Below are positions 1 through 11,923 of a stretch of DNA of 64,000 nucleotides, piece after piece (positions within the stretch are counted from its first letter, which is position 1; every line of letters starts with the position of its first letter). Position numbers and translations under genes: made by a program. Under the pieces are notes generated by a model. It was not told where the DNA came from. It was given only the letters and a program-made list of their open reading frames with translations, and did no database searches. This DNA comes from Balamuthia mandrillaris. Its lineage: Eukaryota. The stretch spans positions 1 through 64,000 of the forward strand of contig JAVKOQ020000048.1 in NCBI GenBank assembly GCA_031835245.2, read 5' to 3'.

Positions 1-51
1 TGTCCTTCCGTCCCTTGGGGGGGGGGGGGTTTGTGGTCAACGCGTACTTTC

Positions 52-52
<1 letters not shown>

Positions 53-96
<44 letters not shown>
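53..96 (+). repeat. (CT)n microsatellite, one of many CT/GA tracts in the window
   Basis: 22 dinucleotide units. Confidence 0.9.
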
Positions 97-99
<3 letters not shown>

Positions 100-209
100 G
101 TTCATTTGCCCAAAGGTTTGTTTTTTTTTTTTGGGTTTTTGGTTTTGACTTTTCTTTCTCTTTCCCCAACGAAAACAACAAAAAAACATGTGCAGAGGAA
201 GAAACGGAG

Positions 210-1658
210 ATGACCTACTTCAATGCTGGAGATCTGGCTTCTTTTCTCACCAACCCAGAGACGAAATGGTAAAAAACAAACAAATAAAGGACAAAAGCCC
301 CTTTCTGTAAAACAAAAAACAAGATTAGGAAGAGAGAAAGAAAGCAACAAAGAGGAAAAAAAATGGGACAAAAGTTTGAGAAAGAGAAGAGAGAAGAACG
401 CAAACAGGATACAAACCATCCGCCACGTTGCCTCCCTGCGTGGGAGCAGGCGGGGGAGGATGTCGAGGGAGATGAAGGTTTGGGTCCGGCGAGTCGCAGA
501 AGTTGATACTGCCTCTGAGAAAGGCGAGGAGAGGAGGGACAACAGAAAGCAAGAGTGGCGTTGCGTACAGACTCTCACTAACCTGTTTGTTGGCTCTCCC
601 CTTCCAAGATGTCATCAGACCAACTTCGTCGTCTCCAACAACGAGCCAAAAAAAGTAAGGAGAAGGATGAGGAAGGAGGGGTGTTGATCAGCGGAAGTCT
701 TGACGGCACAGTCAAGGTGTGGCTGCTGGAAGACAACACGCAAAGAGCAGAGTGCGTCGCCACATTGTCGGGCCACCACGATCACGTCTACTCTTTATGC
801 TCTGCCGCCGCACCAACCCAACGACAAACCGGGTTGCGGTTCCTCAGCGGTTCCAACGACTCAAGCATACGATTGTGGCAGCCAGCCGTGAGTGGCAGCA
901 ACAAGAAGAACAAACAAATCCAAGCAGTGGGAGTGCGGTAAGGTTTTTGAGGGGACATGAGGACGGAGTTCGTTGTTTGTTGGTGCTGCCACAGCAGCCG
1001 CGTGGGGAGGAAGTGCTGGCCAGCGGCCCTTATGATAGGACGGTGCGCCTGTGGGACTTGGACGCTGGTCAATGCCTTCATGTTTTATGTGGCCATAACG
1101 GTTTGCCAACCTCTCTCCTCTTGTTAGCTCGAAGCATTTGTTCTCTGGACCCTCTTTCTTCTGCCTTTCTTCTATCTTCTCGCTCGAAACGATAGCAGCA
1201 TACGTCTATGGGACACCGAATGCATTCAAAAGTGGAAAGCTCATGAGGACGGTGTGATGAGTCTTCTGGCGATGACGTTGGCAAGAGAACAAGAGCAGCC
1301 TTGCCTCCTGCATGGACAGGGCAGCCAAAGTTTGGCGCTTAGATGAAGAAATCGCAGTAGAAGGAAGAAAAAGAAAAAGAAAAAGAAAAAGAAAAAGAAA
1401 AAGAAAACGCAGGAGACGAAGGAGAAGAAGAAGAAGATGAAGAAGAACAAGAAGAAGAGAACAAGAGCGAGAGCGAGAAACGCGAAAGAGAAAGAAGAAC
1501 GAGGAAAGCAGAAAGAGGAACGAGTTATTCTGCCACGGATGAGAAGGTTGTTGGAAGCCCATAGAGACTTTGTGTACGGTTCAGCTCTGTTGGGTGTTGC
1601 CTCATTTGCCACCTGCAGCCAAGACAAAAGCCTGCGGATCTGGAGCTTGTGTGAATGA
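210..1658 (+). pseudogene. WD40-repeat protein gene, apparently frameshifted or degenerate
   Basis: WD40 motifs (LISGSLDGTVKVW, GHHDHVYSL, SGSNDSSIRLW, GHEDGVRCL, YDRTVRLWD, SIRLWD, TCSQDKSLRIW) fall in different frames. The shifts near 935 and 1310 have no intron to explain them, but assembly indels are possible. Confidence 0.6.
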
Positions 1659-2503
1659 ACCCTCTCTTTGGAGCCCTCTCTCTTTCATATACCCTGTGCA
1701 CATACCAGCAATCAAGCCTTCTCCTGGTGTGCTTTTGTTTGACGAAAGGACGCAGTGTAAGAAGCAGAATAGTAACTTCCCCTCGATGGGTCCACATGGT
1801 AAGTTGGACGGGTTTCTTGTATTTTTTTCTCCGCTCCATTTCGCACCGATGTGATTAATTACCTGTTCCAGGATTTCGTATCATGTCCTTCCGGTGAAGA
1901 ACATATTCGCGAACACCTGACCGGCCCTGAAAGAAGCAACAAAACAGAAGGAAGGGATGGGAGAACGTTACCTTTCCCTTGTGCGGGTCTTCTGGACCGT
2001 TCAGCTTTTACTTCAAGGTTCGGGTTTTCCTTTTCCTTCCGTTCCTGTCTTCCTTCAATCGTTCTTTTTTTGTTTCTTTCTTCGTCTTGTTAAACCGGCC
2101 GTTAACGACCACAGTATTGGTCGTGTTGGTGACTGGCTTCTCGGATACGTTGGTGGTGCCAGATGCTCTGCTTGACGCTCAAAGTCCTGGAGGCAAGTGC
2201 GTGAGCATAGCGGAACTGGGTCCGGAGGAAATGCTGCCCGCTTGTAAAGAGTATCTCACCTATGACCGCATATATTACGACATACTGCACCCATTCCGTC
2301 ACGTACTCGCCAAGTACTTTCTTCACGTTTTGTTTCTTCTAACTCTCGTTTGCTTTATATGCTTTCGTTCAAAGTTTTTTCGTCTCAATTTCTGAACTTG
2401 CTGTCGCTTAACAGTGCATTGACATCGACAGTCGTTATAGCAGACACCAGCTGCGTATTTAGTTCGTACCAATTCAACTGTCCTCTTTGGTATCGGTATG
2501 CTT

Positions 2504-2544
<41 letters not shown>

Positions 2545-3712
2545 GCTCATTCTGTTCTCTTGAAAAAAACAAACTTTTAAAAAAGACCGTGCTACGAAGT
2601 GGAGGTGCCTCAAGACTTGCGCGACAGCAATTCCCGCTTTCCGGAGACTCTTCCTGTTGCTGGATTCATCTGCGAGGAACTCTGTGAAAGTCATCTCTCA
2701 AATTGCGGCAGACTGGTGGAAGTAGTAGAAGGTCTAACGGATGCGTCTTTCAGCTGCGACGAACCTTGGGACGTTCTATTTGGTGAGCCACAAGACTTTA
2801 TCTATCCTCCTAGCAATTATACCATCGAAGTAAGTCCTGATGGCGGCAGAAACAGCTTCACTGTGGAACTTCCTTGTTATAGTGCCAACCAAGAGTTAGA
2901 AGGTACCTTAGTATTTTGTATTTGTTTATGTTTTATTTATGTTTTTCAGTTTTGAAAACAAAAGCTGATCAAGTTTTCCATGAATAGTCTTTCCTCCATT
3001 GAACTGTCCGGAAGGGTTGCATAAGGACGATGCTTTTTGCAGTTTCAACTGTCCTGAGCCTTTGATTGAGGACGACGAGTACGACGACATCACATTAATG
3101 TTGAGTATCGTCTCCTGGTTTTCGTTTGTTCTGTCAGCAGTAATGGTCTGTTCCTACTCTTTGAACAAGTCTCGTTTGCAGTTTCCAGGAAATCTGCCCT
3201 TCTGCTTTATTCTTTGCGTCATGTGCTCTTCCTTTGCATTCTGTCTTGGCAGCATGATCGGACACGAGAACATTTGGTGCGAGGACGCAGAGACCACTAA
3301 CTACTTTGGAGACCCGGCGTGTACTGTACAAGGTAGTACATCTCTTCTTTTTCTTCTCTTCTGTGATGTTAAGCTACATGAAGAGAGCGAGAAACAAAGA
3401 AAGAAAAATATACATAGCCGGGGAACTCATAATCAATGCCCAAAACCTTCAACTCTTCTCTTTTCCGCTGCTCGTTCTTGATGAGCCTACCATCAACATC
3501 CCTCTTTTTAACGAAAACGGAAGATAGAAGAAGAAGAAAAAGAAAAAGAAAAAGAAGAAGAAGAACAAGAAGAAGAAGAGGAAGAAGAGGATGAGGAAGA
3601 AGAAGAAGAAGAAGAACAAGAAGAACAAGAAGAAAATGAACAAAATACTAATTCAGATTCTTTCAACAGGAATCATATTCGTTTTCTTTACTCTCGCAGG
3701 AGTATTGTGGTG

Positions 3713-3724
3713 CACTGCAAAAAA
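3713..3724 (+). repeat. Left terminal inverted repeat
   Basis: CACTGCAAAAAA directly after the TG duplication. Confidence 0.85.
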
Positions 3725-4022
3725 TACCAGCGGGTTCAAAACGGGCACAAAACGGGCTCCACATTGCCAATGAGTTGGAGGGCTCGTTTCGGTCACAAGT
3801 GGGCAGCGGCGAGCGGGTTTTGAGACAACAAAGAGACCGGGATGTGCGTGTTTCGAGCCAAAAAGAGGCTGAAATGAGAGTGATGTGAGGAGCAAATGAG
3901 AGTGTATTGAGACCATAATGAGAATAAACAAGCAAGAAACGAGAGCTTTTGAGCGGCTGCTTCCCCAGGTCACCTGCTGCTGCTGGTCTCGGTGCCACTT
4001 GGTTGTCCTAAGCACAAGTCAC

Positions 4023-4239
4023 CTAATTGCTGCTATCTTCCTCCTCTTCGTCTGCATCATTGTCCACTTCTTCTTGTTCTTCCTCTTTATCGCCTTCTTC
4101 TTCTTCTTCTTCTTCTTCCTCATCTTCGTCTTCATCTTCATCGCCTTCTTCTTCTTCTTCTTCTTGTTCTTGTTCTTCTTCTTGTTCTTCTTCTGCTTCT
4201 TCTTCTTCTTCTTCTTCTTCTTGTTCTTCTTCTTGTTCT

Positions 4240-4271
<32 letters not shown>

Positions 4272-7137
4272 TTCGTAGTCATAATTGTCCTCTTCCTCTT
4301 CATCGTCTTCCTCCTCTTCGTCGTCATCGTTGTCATTGTCGTATTCATCAAGTGGTGGCCTGTATTCGTCACCTTCGTCGTCATCCTCCTGTTGTTCAAA
4401 AGCTTCGATGATGTCGTCCTCTTCCTCTTCCTCTGCTTCAGAATCATCATTGCCATCTTCTGGACATGTGTCTCTAACTCTATCATCCTCTGGAAATATG
4501 TCGGGCTTTTCATCACTGGCTGTCCCACCGCCTGCACCTAAATCAACCGAGTGCCGAACATAGTGGTTGTGGATGAGCTTGCTTCCCTGTGGCAGGCAAC
4601 TGACCCGGGCAACAAAAGAGATATCTGGATGCTTAACTGGCAAGTCCAGCAAAGCATCTGTGGAAAAAGAAAAAATAGAATGAAAAAAAAAAGGATCAGT
4701 ATTGTAAAAGCAAAGGTGTTGCGTTGCTTAGAAAAACAAACAAAAATGATGCCATAGAACGAATAAATATAAAAATAAAAATAAAAATTAAAAAAAAAAT
4801 GGAGAGAACCTTCCGTGTAGATGTCAAGCTGACTTGTTGGGTCTTTGGAAGCTTGAGAAAATGTGCGGACATGCATCATGGAAAAGTCTCCTCGATCCTT
4901 GGTATGGAGGGTGTATAACTCCAGAAGTTGAGCGAGTACCTTCTCCTTACCGCACCGAAAAAAGAAGTAAGGATGCTTGGAGACGCTCAGATTGGTCCCT
5001 GCAAAATGAATGCAAGAACGACGGTAAATAGTGAACGGTACCGAACGAACTCTGAACCAGCGCCTAAAGGCTTTGGAGATTGCGTTGTTGCGTTGCTTTT
5101 GAGGCCGGTACCGTTTCGCCTTGCCCCCCAGAGAAAGATAGCGGATCGTTTTTTGGTTTGAGGAAGACAGTTTGCGACGCGAAGACGGAATGAGAGTGAA
5201 CTGAAAAGCTGTATGAAGATGTGCAGCAGAATGCTCCTAATGAAAACGAACAAAACAAAACAAAATCAGAACAAAAGGATGAATAAAGAAAAAAAAAATG
5301 GGACCAACAGGAAACAAACAAACAAACAAACAAAAAAACAAATACAACAAAGCAAAAAATAACAAAGCAACCTTGTCCATAACAGTTAATTCTGTTTTTC
5401 GTCCGTTACCAGAGCGTGCCCACCGCCGGAAGAACTTGTTTTGTTGCTCCCAAACAGAGGTATCGCCGCTTCCAACAAACTCCAAAGAGTGAGAAACGTG
5501 ATCAAAAAGTTCAAAGTACGGGAAGGAGAGATTAAACTCGATGTTGCTGTTGTTGCCTTTCCCAAATAGTCTGATCGCAATTTGCCTGATCTTCTTCCCG
5601 TAGAGTGGTAGCTGTTGATGGAGGACTCGGGGTGAATAGTAACGGCTGACGAGGATGTTGTAGTAGAGGGAGAGCAAGCACCAAAAGCGATACGCATCTT
5701 GGTCGTCAAAAAGACCCAACATTATGGCCGGACAGATTTGTAGAAAGGAAGAAAGAGGGGCACCATCGCCAGGGATGAACAGGTTGTGGTGCTTCTTGTT
5801 GTTGCAAATCCGAATGAGACCCCTTTTCAACAGACGCAAACCAGGAAATCTGGGATAACTGGCGATTCGAGCGTTGATCACCTCCATCAATTCTTTGCCG
5901 TAGCGTAACACGTAATATTCCAAAAATCTGAAATAAACAAGTGCAGATATAATGTTATTTCAGTACATACAAAGCAAATAAAGACAAAGCAAACAAGAAA
6001 AGCATGCCATACCTCTTAACAAGATTCAATGGAATAAAATGCAATGCACAAATCGGAAACCGATCAAAAAAGCTAAATCTGAACCATGAGAGCTCTGGAT
6101 GAAAGAAAGAAAGAAAGCAACGGATGAGTGAAAAAATTAAAAAATGAACGATCAAAAAGAAAACAAAATACTGTACTTGAAAGACACGATACACGGTCTG
6201 TCATGCCAATGTTCTTGAGTTGCTTCCTGGCGTTCCCGATATTCTTTTTGTCTTTGATCCTCTGGACAAGCGCTGACTGTTGTTTGAGGAGAGAGCGTGT
6301 CCTACGTCCGGGGTAGGGGGCTGTGCTCCAATCCAAGGTACAAAACTCACGCGCGGGTACGAGCGAATACTTGCTCGGATACAAACCGTTCGGGCCGACA
6401 ACGCCCATCAGCGCTATCTGGCCCATGTGGTCGCCCTCCAGAGAGAAAAGAGACCCGATGACATCGGTCTCGCCTCCCAATGCATCTATCCGCATCCGAA
6501 CACCCTTTTCCAGCTTTCGCAACGGCTGGACAACGACCAAATCAACAGCTTCCATAATATCAGCATCTGGCGGGAGGAGGGCAAGGAGGCGGCGTCGGGG
6601 ATTCTGCGAGGGCTTGCTCCAATCCAAGTTGCACATGGTAAGACAGATGCTCGTCACGCTTGTGCTCTTGGTCTGCTCCATTCCATCCACCCACACAGAA
6701 GGCATGATGAGGGTGTACGGCTTGCCGTGCTTTTCTTCCATCCTCCTTTTGAACTGCTCGTACTGCTTCCATCCTTTTGTGTGCCACCGATCCTCCACCG
6801 TTCCCTCGTTCTCCTCGTACGTCCAATGCAAATCTCCATCCGCAGAGTTGAGCAGGTCCTCCGCCACTTTGAGGATGTCTTGGTACTCGATTTCCACAAG
6901 AGGTTCATCGGTGCTTTTCTTGCTGCGCCGCGTTTTCTGGCTCTTTTTTGCTGAAACCGTGCCAGTAAGCCGGAACTGTGGAGGAAGCAAGGAAGCCTTC
7001 ACCTGATCAAGAAGGTAGGCAGTCGGTGGTAGCAGAAGCGAAGAAGATTGTTGAGCACAAGCAAACATATGTAGCAGCCACTGTTTCATTGAGGTAGAAA
7101 GATTGGCGATTGTTGTAAACCTAAATTATTTTCAAAT

Positions 7138-7174
<37 letters not shown>

Positions 7175-8012
7175 AACAACAAGAAAGAAACAAACAACGA
7201 ATAGAGAGCGAGAGAGAGCAAAAGGTTGAAAACTTTAAAAACCAAAACGCAAAAAATAAAGGACAGAAAAATTAAAATAAAAGAAAAGAAAAGGACGTAA
7301 CGCTAGCAGGTCCAAAGTTAGTCTATTGACGTATTTTTGATAGCGGTCAGTATTCTTTTGCTGTTCAGTGTCCTCCGCCATTTGGACATCCTCATCACTC
7401 AAAAAAACCTCGTTCAGTTGATCCTTTTCTTCCTCTGCTTCCCCCTCTTCCTCTTCCTCATCGTCAGCTTGTTCCTCAGCATCAAAAAAGGAGTCGTCTT
7501 CTGTCATGAAGTCGCGCAGTCCGTCTTCTTGTTGTTCTTCATTCATACTGGCCATGCTTCCATCCCCGTTTGGAAAGAAGCGCTGCTCTTGGTTGGTCTC
7601 GTCATGACGCTGCAAATCTTGTTGAAGTTGTTTCTGTAAAGCTCTGGGTGGGCAATAGTCGTCATAAGTCGTTGATGACGCACGCTACAGTAAAACAAAC
7701 AGCACCAAGTAAGCAAACAAAGAAAGGCGCGAGATAGACGACCGAAAAAAAAAAGATTTAAAAGGGGGGGACTCACCGCGTTTTCTTCGCGAATGGATTT
7801 CTTTACGTTCGTTAGATGTTTCGTTGTTATACAGTGTCTGTCCCAATAGCGGTGACGGACAAAACAATCACAATGAGTGCACAGTCCATAATGATCAGCG
7901 TCATGCTGCAACAACAAAAAAAATTAAATAAATAAATCGAGAACACAAGAACCACGATTAGCAACGAGCAAGGGACAGTAAAAAAACAAACAGCGATTTT
8001 AAAAACCTCCAT
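4023..8012 (-). CDS. CACTA/Plavaka-like DDE transposase, 8 predicted exons, ~1052 aa
   Basis: Hand-spliced GT-AG exons 8012-7992, 7905-7777, 7684-7302, 7120-6195, 6094-6013, 5927-5372, 5236-4810 and 4657-4023 total 3159 nt and stay in phase. Motifs: N-terminal C2H2 finger (CTHC...HCITTKH), SVWVDG (D1), LTMCNL, QPLRKLEKG, LEGDH (D2), CALH, GDTSVWEQQNK (E), and a long acidic C-terminal tail. Confidence 0.8.
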
Positions 8013-8522
8013 CCTTCAAAAATTCAGTCAGCCACCACCGTAAATCAAGCGGAACCGTCCCTCTTTTCTTCGATCAAGCATCAAATAAGGCTGTGTTGCT
8101 GCTTGCTTGTTGGTGAGAACTTTTGTTTATCTGGTTCCCGTCAGTAAAGGACTTCCTCGAACGTTTTTTTATCTGTTTCCTGATGAAAATTTGAAATTCT
8201 TCTTGGAAAATTTTTTAACGGACGGCTGAACAAAAACTTGGTTCGCTTTTTTTTGTCGTTTAAGGGGGCGTGCTCGGATCATAAGGATCAGTCGTGTCGT
8301 CTTGAAAAAAAGTCGGGTGTTCCGGTCACGCTTGATCTACGTGTGTTTTACTGCTTTTGTTTCCATTCCCCCCGATCAAGGGAATTTTTTTTTGTCGAGC
8401 AGGAGGGGAGGTGGTGTAGACGGCAACATGGTTTTGTATGGGTTTCCCTGCTAATGGTCCCACCCTCCAAACGTCCCCATTTTTCGTGACGAAAACAACA
8501 CAAACAAAATAAAAAAGCAAAC

Positions 8523-9382
8523 ATGAAGCGAGACCGAGCTGCATACAAACGTGAGTGGCGAGCAAAAAAGAAAAGAGAAAGGGAGGAGAAGGAACAAGAG
8601 GAACAGCAGCGCCAAAAAGAAGCGCAAGATAAACTTCAAAGAAGGCGAGCACAACAAGCCGCATCAAAACGGCGTCGCCGAGCAGCTTCTTCTGCAAGTT
8701 TATGCTTGTCCTTGCCGTCTACTTCGCCCTTGCCTTCGCCCTCGCCCTCACCCTCGCCCTCGCCCTCGCCCTCGCCCTTGCCCTCAAAGGAACAGTGCCA
8801 GCTCCAGAAAGAAAAACGACAGAAGCAGGTGGCTAAGAGCCAAAGGCGTCATAGAGCGCAGCAACAACAAGAAAAGGAGGAACAAGGAGCCAAGACAAGG
8901 CGAAAAAGGCAGCTCCAGAAAGAAAGAAAGCAACGCCACCGAAACAAGTGTCGAAAAGAAGAAGAGGAAAAGAAAGCTCAGCAAAAGGAAGCTGCTGAGT
9001 CACTGAGCTCTTTGCTTACCTCATCCTCTTCTTTAACCATACCTTCGTTTGCACTCCCTGCCTTGCTTCGTCACTCACCAGCAGGCTCCTTGAGCATCCC
9101 AGCATGTACGGTACCCTCCTTCTTGGGCCACTTGCCAACAACTTTTTTGTCAACCTCTTCACTGACCTCTTTGACAACCTCTTCGCCGACCTCCTCTTCA
9201 CCAACCTCCTCTTTGCCAACCTCCTCTTTGCCGACCTCCTCTTCGTCGCCCTCCTCTTCACCAGGCTCCTCATCAAGGCCCACACCAAAAATCAAGTTGA
9301 ATGGGAACAGATTAATAGCAGATATTGAACCGCCTCTATCCAACACTTTTTATCTAATCTTACGACCTTACTCCTCCACTCA

Positions 9383-9426
<44 letters not shown>

Positions 9427-9503
9427 CGTTGCTACGAGTTCTTCTTGTTTTCTGCTCTTTCTTCTTTTTCACCGCCGCCACCACAAAAGCTGCAGCTCAA
9501 TAA
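8523..9503 (+). CDS. Transposon-borne ORF A: basic helical repeats with Pro/Ser-rich linkers, function unknown
   Basis: 326-aa ATG-initiated ORF inside the TIRs and divergent from the transposase. Repeated basic segments (RAQQAASKRRRRA, KQVAKSQRRHRA, QLQKERKQRHR). The 3' end runs into a (CT)n tract and is uncertain. Confidence 0.5.
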
Positions 9504-9763
9504 AACACTTCTCAACATCCATTGCTCAGTTGGTGCACTTCCTCAGCACATATCAAATCCCATAATTTTTGCTAAAATGCCCTGCAGTAGCCCTTCGAGT
9601 ATGGGACGAACCCAAGCACGCCCCCTTAAACAGAGTACATGAACCGTGGCAGCACGCAGATGTCGCACCGCAAAAAAGTAGTGAAGAAACGTAAGTGAAT
9701 TTTTTTTTTTGTGCGTTTTGCTGTGGTGCCTGACAAGATCGCATAGGACATCACGACCAACCT

Positions 9764-11588
9764 ATGGATAAGCCCAACAAACACAAAATACCAGGTGACT
9801 ACGTTTCCTCTCCATCGGAAGATGATGACGAAGAAGCAAAGTGGTTGGCTCCAGGTCTGTTGGTTATTTTTTGTATTTTATGTTGGTATTTACCGTTTGT
9901 TTGGTTGTTCTTATGGCCTAGTTTTTGTTTCCATCTGTTTTTGTCTGCTACTTTTTTTTTGATTGACGGTTTCCTCTTCAATCGATCGAACTGGCTATGC
10001 TACTTTTTTTTTTAAAAAAAAAAAGAAAACAGGAAACCAAAAGATATCAGGAAACCAAAAGATGAAGACACAGGAGAAGAAAAAGGTTTATTTCTCTCTT
10101 TTTTAAATGCTTTCAAAGCACGTTTTCTCATTTTGCACACAGGAACGGTAGCAAGGAAACTTGAGAGACGGGTCGCCAAGCTCGAGCAGGAGCACACAGT
10201 GTTGCTACAAAAATATAAACAACTCAGAGAGGTAGTGACCCTGAGCGAAAAACAAGTGCAAGTGGAAGTGAACCGCTACGCTGACCTCTTCCGGGCACAA
10301 GCGGCCTATACACAAGAAAGGGAACCCTACAGCCAGCAGGAAGAATCGAAGCACGAATTCCATGCGTTGTGCAAAAGAGTGATACCACCCTGCTACTGGG
10401 TGAGGGACGTGATCTATCCTCTTTGGACTACTTGGTGCAGAAGACGAAAGAACCACAAACAACGAAGAGAACCAAGAGTGCTAAGCGACTTCCTTGCGTT
10501 CCTTACCGAGCAGCATGCAGAAGGCAACAACGACCCGCGGCACTGGCAACGTGAGAGCACTCACTTTGTGGATTTGGCGCTTGACAACAAGGAACTCCAC
10601 TACCTTCGTTGCGTCTCTTTGATGGGCAGCCCTTTGCCTGCTAACGGCAAACACTTTACCAAATATTGGAGGTCCCGACTCTTTGCCTATTGGCAAGAGC
10701 TGTTTGATGAAGGGAAGATAGCAGTGATCATGAATGAGAGCAAGACCAAGACCAACAAACCAAAGAAGAAGACAAACCCGGAGGACGATGAGGGCGATGA
10801 AAACGATGAACAAGAGAAGAAGAGAAAGAAGGGATCTGGTTCTACAACAGCACAAGTCAAGAAAAGAAAGACAGCAGGCTGTCGTGACATTCCATTGGCG
10901 AGGTTTGTGTTTCTTTTCTTGTTTTTTCAAAAATCCTTTGGCTTACATCTTTCTTGCTTTTTTTTTTCGTTGCCTTTGCAGTGATTCTTTTGATGATGAT
11001 TCTCTTGCGTCTCTGACTTTGTCTTTGCCTTCACCAAAGTCCTGCCGTAGCAAGGGAAATGAGGTGCAACCCAAAGGGTCAGCAACGGCGAGGTCAAGAT
11101 CCGCTTCCAAAGAGAAGAGCAAACATCCTGCCCCTTCTGTTTCTTTGCCCCGCAAAGACCGCGGGAAGGACCGCCAGCCTATCACGCCTTCACCCCCTGT
11201 GCCCCAACCATCAAAGGATGAAGGGATGGCTGATGATGAAGAAACAGAGGAGGAGGAAGAGGATCTCAACACTCCTTCCTCCCCGCCTTCTCCTCCACCC
11301 AAACCACCCAGTCAGCCCCATTCCAAACCTACAACCTCCACCTCCACCACCACCAACAGGCCAAAAGTGGCTTCAGGTGCTTCAGGTGCTTCAGGTGCTA
11401 TGAGGGATACCCCAACTGCCACTACCAAACTTGCCACCAAACGGTCGAAAGTGGCTTCCCAAACGGATACCTCAACAACCACCACCACCGCCACCGCCAC
11501 GACAGCTGCCAGAACACCCGATCCTCCCAAGGCAGATGCTCCCATCCGCAGGTCCGAAAGAATGAGGCAAGCAAAGTCAGCTTGGTGA
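9764..11588 (+). CDS. Transposon-borne gene B: coiled coil, Trp-rich globular region and disordered tail, function unknown
   Basis: ATG at 9764, main exon ~10143-10902, GT-AG intron 10903-10981, last exon to TGA 11588 just before the right subterminal region. The 5' exon structure is ambiguous. Confidence 0.55.
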
Positions 11589-11911
11589 GTGTTTTGCCTC
11601 CTCCTGCAGCGCTTGCTCGAATTCGCCTGCCTTTTTTTGTTTAAAAAAACTTCTCCTGACTCTTTGGTTGCACTGTAAATAAAACCCTTTCATCCACCCT
11701 GTTGTTTTGTCTTCAAAAGCCCGCTATGAGCCCCTTTTGAGAATCTAGTCTCAAAAGCCACACACACTCGCCTCACCCCCTGGTTAATGGAGCCCATTTT
11801 GTGCGCTTTTTGGTTTTTCCTTACGCTTAGCTTCATCCATAGCTTGGTTGAGCCTCTTTTGACCCTTCCCGCCCTCAAATCGGCCTCCAATTCGGCTCCC
11901 TTTCACCAGCT

Positions 11912-11923
11912 TTTTTTGCTGTG
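11912..11923 (-). repeat. Right terminal inverted repeat
   Basis: TTTTTTGCTGTG (reverse complement CACAGCAAAAAA), followed by the TG duplication. Confidence 0.85.

Larger units (their letters stand above)
3713..11923. mobile_element. CMC-superfamily (CACTA/EnSpm/Plavaka-like) DNA transposon, 8,211 bp
   Basis: Left end is CACTGCAAAAAA; the right end reverse-complemented is CACAGCAAAAAA (11/12 match). TG flanks both sides (3711-3712, 11924-11925). Subterminal inverted repeats and a DDE transposase are present, and removing the element restores the host reading frame. Confidence 0.9.

Noticed and set aside
3918..4563. Poly-Phe/Leu/Ser/Lys ORFs here and elsewhere (e.g. 51004-51806)
   Set aside because: Produced by stop-free microsatellites and pyrimidine-rich introns.
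4950..4975. Possible frameshift in transposase exon 7 at an A6 run
   Set aside because: Recounting shows the frame stays open (HPYFFFRCGKEK).
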